Shown here piece after piece: positions 10,432 through 19,886 of a DNA stretch of 64,000 nucleotides (the stretch's first letter is position 1; the number at the start of each line of letters is the position of its first letter). Source of the stretch: an uncultured Alistipes sp. (GTDB lineage Bacteria > Bacteroidota > Bacteroidia > Bacteroidales > Rikenellaceae); assembly GCA_948442615.1 (NCBI GenBank), contig CAOJSG010000004.1:7865-71864 (forward strand), read 5' to 3'. The notes under the pieces were generated by a model. That model saw only the letters and a program-made list of their open reading frames with translations. It had not been told where the DNA came from and ran no database searches. The translations under genes were made by a program, and so were the position numbers.

Positions 10432-13251
10432 TCAGAACATGTTGTCGTACATCGACTGGCTCTTGTCGTATTTCAGGTCGGAGAGCGATGCGGCCTTCAC
10501 GCCGATGTTGAAGCTCCAGCTGCGCTGGAAGCCGAACGGAATCCACGAGAACGACATCTGCCAGCAGTGCAGGTCGTGCGAAATGGAGATCGCCGAGGTG
10601 GTCAGCTTGTTCTTGGCGATGTCGTAGCCCGCCTGGAACGTGATGCCCGTTTTGGGCGTGAGGTTCACGCTGCCGTTGAAGTTGACGCTCTGGGTGACGT
10701 TTTTCTCATAGCCCGTGGTGCCGTTGTTCACGTAGCTGACCGAGTAGTTGATCGTGTAGTTGAATCCGAAGTTCCACGGGATCGAGAAGTCGTAGTAGGC
10801 CTGTGCCATGTATTGCCGGCGTAGGACGGGGTCCATCGTCCCGTAGGGGTCGTAGTAGGGGTTCATGTACTCGGGCGGGATGCTCGTGATGTCGTTGATG
10901 GCCGGCTGAGACCGGTCCTGGCGCGACTTGAAGGTGTAGCCGAACGACCAGCCCGTCGAGACGATGCGGCCCGGGAAGAAGAGCTTGTCGATGCGTCGTC
11001 CCTGCGGTGTGACGCGGTAAGGGTCGAGCGTGGCCGAGAGGTTCAGTCCGAAATTCTTGAACAGCGTGGTGCGCAGCGAGATCGGGATGGTCGACAGCCG
11101 CATCGAGTCGGCCAGGAAGTTGTACGATCCGCTGATGCGCAGCTCGTCGATGAGCTTGATCTTCTTCACGCCCGAGGTGTCGCGCTTCGAGAGCACCTTC
11201 ATTTCGAGCGTCTGCGACAGCGAGAAGTTCATCGACGCCGAACGGCCCGAACTGGGCACGCCGTAGGCGTTGACCGCATAGGGCGAGTAGAGCTGGTAGC
11301 GGCCCGTGGAGTCCGACTGCACCAGCCGCTGGTAGCCGTATTTCAGAGCCGAGAAGTCGGGAGCGTAGGAGAATCCCACCGTGGGGGTGATCGTATGGCG
11401 GATGGCCTGGATCTTGCGGTCGCGGCGCTTTTTCGTGAAGTCGTACATGCCGTAGACGGTCGTCGAGGCCGAGACGCTGGCGCTGTAGTTGTAGAGCCGC
11501 CAGAATCCGTATTCCGGGTCGAGGTCGACCACGCGGTTGTTGTTGGGGTCCCACTCCTTGAACTGGCGCTTGAAGTACCATTTCTCGGTGTAGTTGAACG
11601 ACGGCGAGACGTTGATGTAGTTGAACAGGTTGAACGACGCCGAGACGGGCAGCGTGTGTTCGATGCCGTTCTTCATGTTCTTGAGCGTCTGTTTGGTGAA
11701 GATCTCCGATTCGGTGGTGTTGACCTGGTTGGTCATCTTGGCCGAGTACTGCATGGAGATCTTCTCGTACCAGCGGGCCTTGCCCATGGCCTCGCGCCGT
11801 TTGAAGGGGTAGAACCGCGAGACGTTGAAGACGATGGTGGGCAGCGTCACGGAGATGGTCTGCGCCTGGGAGTTCTGCGAGATGGCCATGTTGGCCGAGA
11901 GCGAGAAGGGGGTGCCGGCCCAGTTCTTCGAATAGGAGATCGACGAGTTGGTCTGGGTGGCGAGCATGTCGTTGAGCGTGGTCGCCGAGTACTTGCTGTA
12001 ACCGCTCGTGGCGAAGTTCACCGAGGCCGAGAAGGTCGACCCGGGATTGGCCTTCGGGTCTTGCGAATGGGTCCACTGCAGGCGGAAGTTGCTTTGTTTC
12101 ATGAAGTCGGGCTCGCCTTTCTCGCCGGTCTTGATGCTCGAGTACTCCATGTTGAAGCTGCCGCTGTATTTGTAGCGCTTGATGTAGCGCGACGCGGCCT
12201 TGACCTCCCACGAGCCGAGCGTGTAGAATCCGCCCCGCACGGCCAGGTCCATGTGTTCGCTGATGGTGAAATAGTAGCCCAGGTCGCGGATGAAGAATCC
12301 CTTGACGTACTCCTCGCCGTAGGTGGGCATCAGCAGACCCGACTTCGGGCCGGAGTTGATGGGGAAGAACCCCTCGGGGATTCCGAGGAAGTAGATCGGC
12401 ACGTCCTCCAGCACGAGATAGGCCGGTCCCGTGACGACCTTCTTGCCCGGAATCACCTTCGCCTTGGTCATCGCCAGGTAGAAGTGGGGGTGGTCCGTTT
12501 CGTCGCAGGTGGTGTATTTGCCGTGCTGGATGTTCACCGTGTTGTCGGGCATCTTCTTCACGCTGCCGCCGATGAGCCATCCGTCGCCCTCCTGCGTGGC
12601 CACGCCCTTGATCTTGGCCTTCTTCGAGGAGATGTTGTAGGTGATCGTGTCCATCGTGTAGGAGGCCGACCCCTGCTCGAAGACCGGGTGGGTCACCGTG
12701 GGCTTGCCTTCGACCGTGTCGGCTTTTCCGTAGGCGAAGATCTCCTTGGTGTTCATGTCGATACGCATGTAGTCGCCCTTGAGGGTCATGTCCTGGTAGG
12801 CCACGTCGCCTTCGTTGTAGATGTAGACGGTCTTGTTGCGTACGTCGTAGACCAGCGAGTCGGTGTTCTTGCCCGAGATCATGTCGTCGAGGAAGGCTCC
12901 GGGTTTCTTGGACCGGCGCACGGTGTCGCGGGCGGTCGTGTCCGCGCCTTCGCGGGGCATGGCCGCCGAGTCGGGTGCCGGAGCGGGAAGCGAGTCGGAC
13001 GGCTGCGGCGCTGCGGACCGGGAGCGGCGGCGGTTCTCTTCGCGCGCCGCACGGGCCTGGCGGCGCCGTTCGCTCCGCGCGGGCGAGGGTGCGGGGAGGC
13101 TGTCGGGCGACTCCTGCGCCTCGGCGTTCTCCGTCGTGCCGACGGCCGTCCGCACCACGTCGGCCCGGCCGGCCGGAAGACCGCACACGCACGGCAGGAC
13201 GAATGCCAGAAGCATCGCCGCGACGAGATATTTTGCCCTCGGTTTATCCAA
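10432..13251 (-). CDS. lptD: Putative LPS-assembly protein LptD (Bacteroidota type)
   Basis: OstA-like N-terminal domain, GKYTTCD..HPHF, beta-barrel, C-terminal DLHCWQMSF; divergent from an amidase-mlaD pair. Confidence 0.85.
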   Translation of the reverse strand: MDKPRAKYLVAAMLLAFVLPCVCGLPAGRADVVRTAVGTTENAEAQESPDSLPAPSPARSERRRQARAAREENRRRSRSAAPQPSDSLPAPAPDSAAMPREGADTTARDTVRRSKKPGAFLDDMISGKNTDSLVYDVRNKTVYIYNEGDVAYQDMTLKGDYMRIDMNTKEIFAYGKADTVEGKPTVTHPVFEQGSASYTMDTITYNISSKKAKIKGVATQEGDGWLIGGSVKKMPDNTVNIQHGKYTTCDETDHPHFYLAMTKAKVIPGKKVVTGPAYLVLEDVPIYFLGIPEGFFPINSGPKSGLLMPTYGEEYVKGFFIRDLGYYFTISEHMDLAVRGGFYTLGSWEVKAASRYIKRYKYSGSFNMEYSSIKTGEKGEPDFMKQSNFRLQWTHSQDPKANPGSTFSASVNFATSGYSKYSATTLNDMLATQTNSSISYSKNWAGTPFSLSANMAISQNSQAQTISVTLPTIVFNVSRFYPFKRREAMGKARWYEKISMQYSAKMTNQVNTTESEIFTKQTLKNMKNGIEHTLPVSASFNLFNYINVSPSFNYTEKWYFKRQFKEWDPNNNRVVDLDPEYGFWRLYNYSASVSASTTVYGMYDFTKKRRDRKIQAIRHTITPTVGFSYAPDFSALKYGYQRLVQSDSTGRYQLYSPYAVNAYGVPSSGRSASMNFSLSQTLEMKVLSKRDTSGVKKIKLIDELRISGSYNFLADSMRLSTIPISLRTTLFKNFGLNLSATLDPYRVTPQGRRIDKLFFPGRIVSTGWSFGYTFKSRQDRSQPAINDITSIPPEYMNPYYDPYGTMDPVLRRQYMAQAYYDFSIPWNFGFNYTINYSVSYVNNGTTGYEKNVTQSVNFNGSVNLTPKTGITFQAGYDIAKNKLTTSAISISHDLHCWQMSFSWIPFGFQRSWSFNIGVKAASLSDLKYDKSQSMYDNMF

Positions 13252-13392
13252 AATCCCAATAATTTTTCGTACCTTTGCCGACGAGTCGGCAACGCCGCCC
13301 GGAACATGCCCGGAGAGGTGCGGAACCGCGTTTTTCGACCGACAAATATAGGTAAAAAATCAGAGATCCCTCCACTTTCAGGTTACTATCGC

Positions 13393-14598
13393 ATGGCCCG
13401 GATGAAGTTTTTTGCAATTCTCTTGTCTGTCTGCACGATTCCGTTCATTAACGGAGCGCGGGCGGAAAATATTGTTTCGCAGCGGACGGAGGGGGTGAAA
13501 GTCGTCGTGCTCGATCCCGGTCACGGAGGCAAGTTTCCCGGGGCTGTCTGGGGCGGCGTGAAGGAGAAGGATCTCACGCTGTCGGTGGCGCTCAAGCTCG
13601 GGGCGCTCATCGAAGAGGGGATGCCCGGGGTGAAGGTGGTCTACACCCGCAAGACGGACAAGCAGCTGGGCGACGAGCTGATCGACGACCTGCAGGCCCG
13701 GGCCGACATCGCCAACAAGAGCAAGGGCGACCTGTTTCTGTCGATCCATGTCAATGCGTCGAAGGACCGTTCGGCCCGGGGCGTCGAGACGCTCGTCATG
13801 GGCGAGACGCCCAAGGAGCAGCAGTACAACGAGGCGGCTCTGATCTCGTCCAACCGCGAGGAGTACATCGAGCTGGTCGACGACGCCGAGGGCACCGCGG
13901 CCATGAAACGGGCCTACGTCCAGAATCTGCAGTTCACCTACGGCACGTACAGCATGGCTTTTGCGCGCAGCATCCAGGACAGCTACCGGACGCACGGGCG
14001 CCACATGCGCAAGGTGGGGATCAAAACCAAGCTGCTGCGCGTGCTGTTCGCCACCAACATGCCCGGCGCGCTGACCGAGATCGGCTTCATGTCCAACGCG
14101 CAGGAGATGGCCTACCTGAAGTCCGAAAAGGGGCAGCGCGAGGTCGCCCGTTCGCTCTACGATGCCGTGAAGAGCTATGCCGACCGCGTCGAGGCGATCC
14201 GCCGGGCCGAGGAGGATGCCGAGCGGCAGGATGCGGCCGCCGCATCCGACCGAACGGACGAGCCGGCCTCCGAGACGGAGCCGGCTCCCGGAACGGCGCC
14301 GGCATCCGGCACCGCTGCGGCGAAGGAGGCCGAGGCGGCCGGGGCTGAGCGGAAAACGTTCTATGCCGTGCAGCTGCTGGCCAGCGCCGAACCCGTGGCG
14401 GCCCGGTCGGCGGAGTTCAAGAGCTACCGGGGCCAGGCGAAATGCTACAGGGGGCAGGGCCGCCTGCCCTACAAATACTGCGTCGGGGAGTTTCCGACGG
14501 CTGCCGCAGCGCAGCGCAAGCTCAAGGAGGTGCGCAAGCATTTTCCCGATGCGTTCGTCGTCTGCTGCCGCGGCGGGGAGATCGTCAGTAAAAAGTGA
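13393..14598 (+). CDS. N-acetylmuramoyl-L-alanine amidase (Amidase_3) with C-terminal SPOR-like domain
   Basis: VVLDPGHGG, EKDLTL, FLSIHVNA and TEIGFMSN. Start reassigned (ATG at 13393 or 13402). Confidence 0.9.
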   Translation: MARMKFFAILLSVCTIPFINGARAENIVSQRTEGVKVVVLDPGHGGKFPGAVWGGVKEKDLTLSVALKLGALIEEGMPGVKVVYTRKTDKQLGDELIDDLQARADIANKSKGDLFLSIHVNASKDRSARGVETLVMGETPKEQQYNEAALISSNREEYIELVDDAEGTAAMKRAYVQNLQFTYGTYSMAFARSIQDSYRTHGRHMRKVGIKTKLLRVLFATNMPGALTEIGFMSNAQEMAYLKSEKGQREVARSLYDAVKSYADRVEAIRRAEEDAERQDAAAASDRTDEPASETEPAPGTAPASGTAAAKEAEAAGAERKTFYAVQLLASAEPVAARSAEFKSYRGQAKCYRGQGRLPYKYCVGEFPTAAAAQRKLKEVRKHFPDAFVVCCRGGEIVSKK

Positions 14599-14603
14599 AA
14601 GAT

Positions 14604-15605
14604 ATGAAAAGAGAGGCTAAAATCGGGCTGTTCGCCGTGTTGATGATCGGCGCCGCATGGGCGGGTATCCGGTTCCTGAGCGGGATCGATATTTTCAGCC
14701 GCAACCGGGTCTACTATGCGGTCTACGACCGGATCGACGGCGTGCAGTCGGCGTCGCCCGTCATGATGAGGGGGGTGAAGATCGGTACCGTGACGGGCGT
14801 TTCGTTCGACCCGGCGCGCAGCGGCAGCGTCGTGCTGCAGTTCACCATCAAGCGGCAGTACCGCATTCCGACCGACTCCGAAGCGAAGATCTTCAGCGAC
14901 GGGTTTCTCGGCAACAAGGCGATCGAAATCACTTACGGCACGGCTTCGAGCTATCTCGAAAAGGGCGATACGCTGCGCTCGGGGCGCAATCTGGGGCTGA
15001 TGGACATGGCCGGATCGGAGCTGGAGTTCTTCAAGCAGAAGTTCTCGCAGGTGGTCGGCGACCTCTCGCGCACGCTGGGCACGATCAATACGCTGCTCGA
15101 GGACAACACGTCGGAGATCTCGGGTACGCTCTCCAACCTGAACGCCCTGACGGGCGACATGCGCGGCCTGCTGGCCGCCGAGCGCGGCAACCTGGAGTCG
15201 GCCGTGGAGAATTTGGCCGTCTTTTCGCAGACGCTCGGCGCGAATGCCGGGCGGGTGGACAGCATCGTCGGCAACCTCGACCGGCTCTCCGCGCAGCTGA
15301 GCGACGAACGGTTCGTCGGCAACCTGACGCACGCGGTCGAGGGGCTCGATGCGCTGATCGCCCGGATCAATGCGGGCGAGGGAACCCTCGGGCGGCTCGC
15401 GACCGACGATGCGCTCTATGCGTCGCTCAACGAGGCGAGCGCCAACCTCTCGGCGCTGCTGGCCGATCTGAAGCAGTATCCCGGGCGCTACGTGCACCTC
15501 TCGGTTTTCGGGCGCGATCCGGAGAAGATGAAGGAGAAGGCCGACCGGCGGGCGGCGAAGGCGGCGGCCCGCGCCGAGCGCGATTCGCTGCGCCGGGCCG
15601 AATAA
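14604..15605 (+). CDS. MlaD/MCE family protein
   Basis: N-terminal TM, GVKIGTV, FLGNKAIEI and a helical C-terminus with GTLGRL. Confidence 0.9.
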   Translation: MKREAKIGLFAVLMIGAAWAGIRFLSGIDIFSRNRVYYAVYDRIDGVQSASPVMMRGVKIGTVTGVSFDPARSGSVVLQFTIKRQYRIPTDSEAKIFSDGFLGNKAIEITYGTASSYLEKGDTLRSGRNLGLMDMAGSELEFFKQKFSQVVGDLSRTLGTINTLLEDNTSEISGTLSNLNALTGDMRGLLAAERGNLESAVENLAVFSQTLGANAGRVDSIVGNLDRLSAQLSDERFVGNLTHAVEGLDALIARINAGEGTLGRLATDDALYASLNEASANLSALLADLKQYPGRYVHLSVFGRDPEKMKEKADRRAAKAAARAERDSLRRAE

Positions 15606-15623
15606 CCGATGCTCCCCACGGCC

Positions 15624-18110
15624 ATGATTTACCCTGCGAATTTCGAGCAGAAGGTCGGGTTCGACCGTGTGCGCGAGCAGGTCGCCGCGCTGTGCACCAT
15701 GCGCGCCGCCCGCGGGCTGCTCGCGGACGAGACGTTCTGCACCTCGCCGCGCGAGGTCGAGCGGCGGCTGGCGCTGGCCGACGAGATGCGGCAGGTGGTG
15801 GAGATAGAGCACGAGTTTCCGGGCGGCGAGTTCCCCGATACGGACCGGATCGTGGCGAAGGCCCGCATCGAGGGGGCCTTCCTCGACGTGGAGGAGGTCG
15901 TGTCGCTGCGTGCGGCGCTGACCGCGGTGGAGGAGGTCGTGACATTCCTGCTCGGGCGCGGCGAGGAGCGTTATCCGGCGCTCGGGGCGTGCAGCGAGGG
16001 GGTGGCGACTTTTCCCGGGATCGTGCGGGCGATCGACGCCATCGTCGACCGCTTCGGCGAGGTGAAGGATTCGGCCTCGCCCGAGTTGCAGCGGATCCGC
16101 CGCGCGATCCGCGAACGCGAGGGGCAGGCGGCCAAGCGGCTGCAGCAGGTGCTCGCCTCGGCCAAGGGGGCGGGGATCGTCGACGCCGACGCGCAGATCT
16201 CGATCCGCGACGGGCGGGCCGTGATCCCGGTCGCCGCGGCCAACAAACGCAAACTCAACGGTTTCATCCACGATGAGTCGGCCACGGGCAAGACCTTCTA
16301 CGTCGAGCCGGTCGAGGTGGTGGAGATCAACAACGAACTGCGCGAGCTGGAGTACGCCGAGCGGCGCGAGATCGTGCGCATCCTCACCGACTTCACGCAG
16401 CTGGTGCGTGCGGAGGCCGATGCCGTCGAGGCCTCGGGCGACTACCTCGCGCGCATCGACATGCTGCGCGCCAAGGGGCGGTGGGCCTCGCAGAACGGAT
16501 GCGTGAAGCCGATCCTCTCGACCGACGACCGGCTGGAGCTGCGCAACGCCCGCCATCCGCTCCTGCAGCAGACCCTGCGCGCCCAGGGGCGCGAGACGGT
16601 GCCGCTGGAGATGCGGCTCGACCGCCACGGCCGGATTCTGGTCATCTCGGGCCCCAATGCGGGCGGCAAGTCGGTCTGCCTGAAGACGACCGGCATCATC
16701 CAGTACATGTTCCAGTGCGGATTCCCGGTGCCGGCGTCGGAGGTTTCGGAGCTGCCGGTCTTCCGGTCGATCTTCATCGACATCGGCGACGAGCAGTCCA
16801 TCGACAACGACCTGTCGACCTATTCGTCGCATCTGCTCAACATGAAGCACATGCTGGCCGGCGCCTCCGACCGCACGCTGGTGCTCATCGACGAGTTCGG
16901 GTCGGGCACCGAGCCGACCATCGGCGGGGCGATCGCCGAAGCGATCCTCGAGCGGCTGCTGGAGCGGGGCTGCTACGGTGTCATCACGACCCATTATGCC
17001 AATATCAAATACTACGCTTCGAACACCGACGGCATCGCCAACGGCGCGATGATGTTCGACGTGCAGCAGATCCGGCCGCTGTTCCGGCTCGAGCAGGGCA
17101 AGCCCGGCAGCTCGTTCGCCGTGGAGATCGCCCGCAAGATCGGCTTGCCGGAGGAGATCATCCGTGCGGCGAGCGAAAAGGCGGGCAGCGACCACATCAA
17201 CATCGAGAAGCAGCTGCGCGAAATCGCCCGCGACAAACGCTACTGGGAGCAGAAGCGCGACCGCATCCGCCTGACGGACCGCAAGGTCGAGGAGCTGGAG
17301 CAGACCTATGCCGAGCAGCTGGCCAACATCCGCGCCGAGCGGCAGGAGATCCTGAAGCAGGCCCGGCAGGAGGCCGAGCGGCTCGTCGCCGAGGCCAACC
17401 GCCAGATCGAGAATACGATCCGGACCATCCGCGAGTCGCAGGCCGAGAAGGAGCTCACGCGCCTCGCACGCCGGGAGCTGGACGAATTCCGCGAGACGGT
17501 CGACCGGAGCGCATCGGCGGAGCGGGATGCCGCCGTGGCCCGCGAGATGGAGCGCATCGAGCGGCGGCGTCAGCGGCGCGCCGAGCGGAAGGCGCAGCAG
17601 GGTGCCGCGCCGCAGCCGGCTCCGGAGCCCGAGAAGCCGCGCGAGGCCGAAGTCGGATCGAAGGTGCGCATGGCCGGCCAGCAGATGGTGGGCGAGGTGC
17701 GGTCGGTCAAGGGGCGCAAGGCGCAGGTCGCCTTCGGTCAGATCCTCACCACGGTCGACCGCAGCCTGCTGACCGTGGTGTCGAACAACGAATACCGCGA
17801 GGCGATGCGTCCGCAGTCGGCCCGTACGGTGGTCTCGGCGGCCATTTCGTCGCGCAAACTCAACTTCAAGGACCATATCGACGTCCGCGGCATGCGTGCC
17901 GCCGAGGCGCTGGAGACCGTGCGCGATTTCATCGACGATGCGGTGATGGTGGGTGTCGGGACGGTGACGATCCTCCACGGCAAGGGGACCGGGGCGCTCA
18001 AGGAGGAGATCCGCCGCTACCTGGCCACGGTGCCCGAAGTGGCGCGTGCGGCCGACGAACACGCGGACCGCGGCGGCGCGGGGATCACGGTGGTCACGTT
18101 CGACGCATGA
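15624..18110 (+). CDS. mutS2: MutS2 with Smr domain
   Basis: ISGPNAGGKS, STYSSHL, LIDEFGSGT and the Smr motif ILHGKGTG. Confidence 0.95.
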   Translation: MIYPANFEQKVGFDRVREQVAALCTMRAARGLLADETFCTSPREVERRLALADEMRQVVEIEHEFPGGEFPDTDRIVAKARIEGAFLDVEEVVSLRAALTAVEEVVTFLLGRGEERYPALGACSEGVATFPGIVRAIDAIVDRFGEVKDSASPELQRIRRAIREREGQAAKRLQQVLASAKGAGIVDADAQISIRDGRAVIPVAAANKRKLNGFIHDESATGKTFYVEPVEVVEINNELRELEYAERREIVRILTDFTQLVRAEADAVEASGDYLARIDMLRAKGRWASQNGCVKPILSTDDRLELRNARHPLLQQTLRAQGRETVPLEMRLDRHGRILVISGPNAGGKSVCLKTTGIIQYMFQCGFPVPASEVSELPVFRSIFIDIGDEQSIDNDLSTYSSHLLNMKHMLAGASDRTLVLIDEFGSGTEPTIGGAIAEAILERLLERGCYGVITTHYANIKYYASNTDGIANGAMMFDVQQIRPLFRLEQGKPGSSFAVEIARKIGLPEEIIRAASEKAGSDHINIEKQLREIARDKRYWEQKRDRIRLTDRKVEELEQTYAEQLANIRAERQEILKQARQEAERLVAEANRQIENTIRTIRESQAEKELTRLARRELDEFRETVDRSASAERDAAVAREMERIERRRQRRAERKAQQGAAPQPAPEPEKPREAEVGSKVRMAGQQMVGEVRSVKGRKAQVAFGQILTTVDRSLLTVVSNNEYREAMRPQSARTVVSAAISSRKLNFKDHIDVRGMRAAEALETVRDFIDDAVMVGVGTVTILHGKGTGALKEEIRRYLATVPEVARAADEHADRGGAGITVVTFDA

Positions 18111-18158
18111 TGCGCCGGCCGCACAGCGCCCGGACCCGGGATCGGCGGCCTCGGCGGC

Positions 18159-18305
18159 CTCGGCAGGCGGACTTTTGGACCGCACCGTTTCGGACGGCTG
18201 GCCGCAGGGACGGTCGGGCCGGATGCTCGGGGAGGACGGTTTTGGCCGCTGATTTCGGGATTGCAGTCTCGGCAGGCGGACTTTTTCGCCGACCGTTTCG
18301 GACGG
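18159..18305 (+). repeat. Imperfect ~38-bp direct repeat pair
   Basis: CTCGGCAGGCGGACTTTT-n-ACCGTTTCGGACGG at 18159-18197 and 18268-18305. Confidence 0.7.
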
Positions 18306-18757
18306 GGGAACTGCGAGGAAGACACGGCACGCAGCCAGGCGGGCGGTCCGCAGATCGGGATCTCCAATTTTTTTTCGGTCGATTTGTTTTGCGGCGTTCC
18401 GTCCGGCGGGGCGCCGCGTGCGTTGCGGCAAGATTCCGCGACGGCTTCGGATGTGTGCTGCGGATCCGGCGGAGTGGCGGCGGCCGGAAACCCGAGACCG
18501 GACGACCGGCATGCAGGCGGGCGCTGCGGCCGGCTTGCCGTGCGCGGCGCGGGCGGAGATCGGCCGGGAAATTCCGGATTCCGGGGCAATTTCCGTGCGG
18601 GCGGGACAGGATGGTCCGGCGCGACGGGCTAAATATCGCCCGTCCGCGCACGAAAAGCGGATGCTTTTTATTACCTTTGCACTTCATCGACCGACATCGG
18701 GATAGGCCTTTCAGTCATGCCGCGTATCCGGAGGGGGTCCTCTGAACACAAATCGCT

Positions 18758-19846
18758 ATGAAACGTATCGTATTTCTGGACTACGTGCGGGTGTTCGCCT
18801 GCTTTCTGGTCATGCTGGTCCACGCCTGCGAGAATTACTACGGCGCGCCCGGCTCCACCGACATGGCGGGCCCCCAGTCCTTCCTGGCCGACGAGACGGA
18901 CCGGCTGTGGGTGTCGCTCTTCGACGGATTCTCGCGCATGTCCGTGCCGCTGTTCATGATCGTGTCGGCCTATCTGCTGGTGCCGATGAAGGAGGACGAA
19001 AGCGCCTGGCAGTTCTACCGCCGGCGTGCGCTCCGCATCCTGCCGCCGATGGGCTTCTTCCTGGTGCTCTACGCCACGCTGCCGCTGCTGTGGGGGCAGC
19101 TCGACGCCGCGACGGCGCAGACGGATCTTTCGCGCCTGCTGCTGAATTTCCCGACCCTGGCCGGCCATCTGTGGTTCATGTATCCGCTGATCGGCATCTA
19201 CCTCTTCACCCCGGTCGTGTCGCCCTGGCTGCGGAAGGTCTCGGCCCGCGAGGAGCGCTTCTTTATCGGACTCTTCCTGCTGTCGACCTGCATTCCCTAT
19301 CTCAACCGCTGGTGCGGCGAGGTGTGGGGCCAGTGTTTCTGGAACGAGTACCACATGCTGTGGTATTTCTCCGGCTATCTGGGCTACGTGGTGCTGGCGC
19401 ACTACATCCGGGTGCATCTGGCCTGGAGCCGGCGCAGGCGGCTGGCCGTCGGTGCCGCCGCAATGGCCGCAGGGGCCGTGCTGACCATCCTCTCGTTCTA
19501 TGTGCAGGCCGTGCCCGGCGTGCTCCACGATACGCCCGTGCTCGAGATCGGGTGGTCGTTCTGTACGATCAACTGCGTGCTGCTGACGACCGGAGCCTTC
19601 CTGCTCTTCACCTGCATCCGGCAGGCGGAGGCGCCGCGCGTCGTCGTCGAACTCTCGAAACTCAGCTACGGCATGTACCTCATGCATATTTTCTGGCTCG
19701 GACTGTGGGTGGCGCTCTTCAAGCAGACGTGGGGCTGGCCCACCGCAGTGGCCATCCCCGCCATCGCCGCGTGCACGTTCGTCTGCTGTTATGCGACGAC
19801 GAAACTTCTGTCGCGGGTGCCGGGCAGCCGGTGGCTGATCGGATAA
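18758..19846 (+). CDS. Acyltransferase family 3 membrane protein
   Basis: LDYVRVFACFLVMLVH, SVPLFMIVS, GHLWFMY and SYGMYLMH; TACCTTTG box at 18672. Confidence 0.9.
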   Translation: MKRIVFLDYVRVFACFLVMLVHACENYYGAPGSTDMAGPQSFLADETDRLWVSLFDGFSRMSVPLFMIVSAYLLVPMKEDESAWQFYRRRALRILPPMGFFLVLYATLPLLWGQLDAATAQTDLSRLLLNFPTLAGHLWFMYPLIGIYLFTPVVSPWLRKVSAREERFFIGLFLLSTCIPYLNRWCGEVWGQCFWNEYHMLWYFSGYLGYVVLAHYIRVHLAWSRRRRLAVGAAAMAAGAVLTILSFYVQAVPGVLHDTPVLEIGWSFCTINCVLLTTGAFLLFTCIRQAEAPRVVVELSKLSYGMYLMHIFWLGLWVALFKQTWGWPTAVAIPAIAACTFVCCYATTKLLSRVPGSRWLIG

Positions 19847-19886
19847 CGGTTTGATTCGCGGACGGTCCGGCCGTCCGTATTGCGAT

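Noticed and set aside
18680-18757. Riboswitch upstream of the acyltransferase
   Set aside because: No recognisable aptamer consensus
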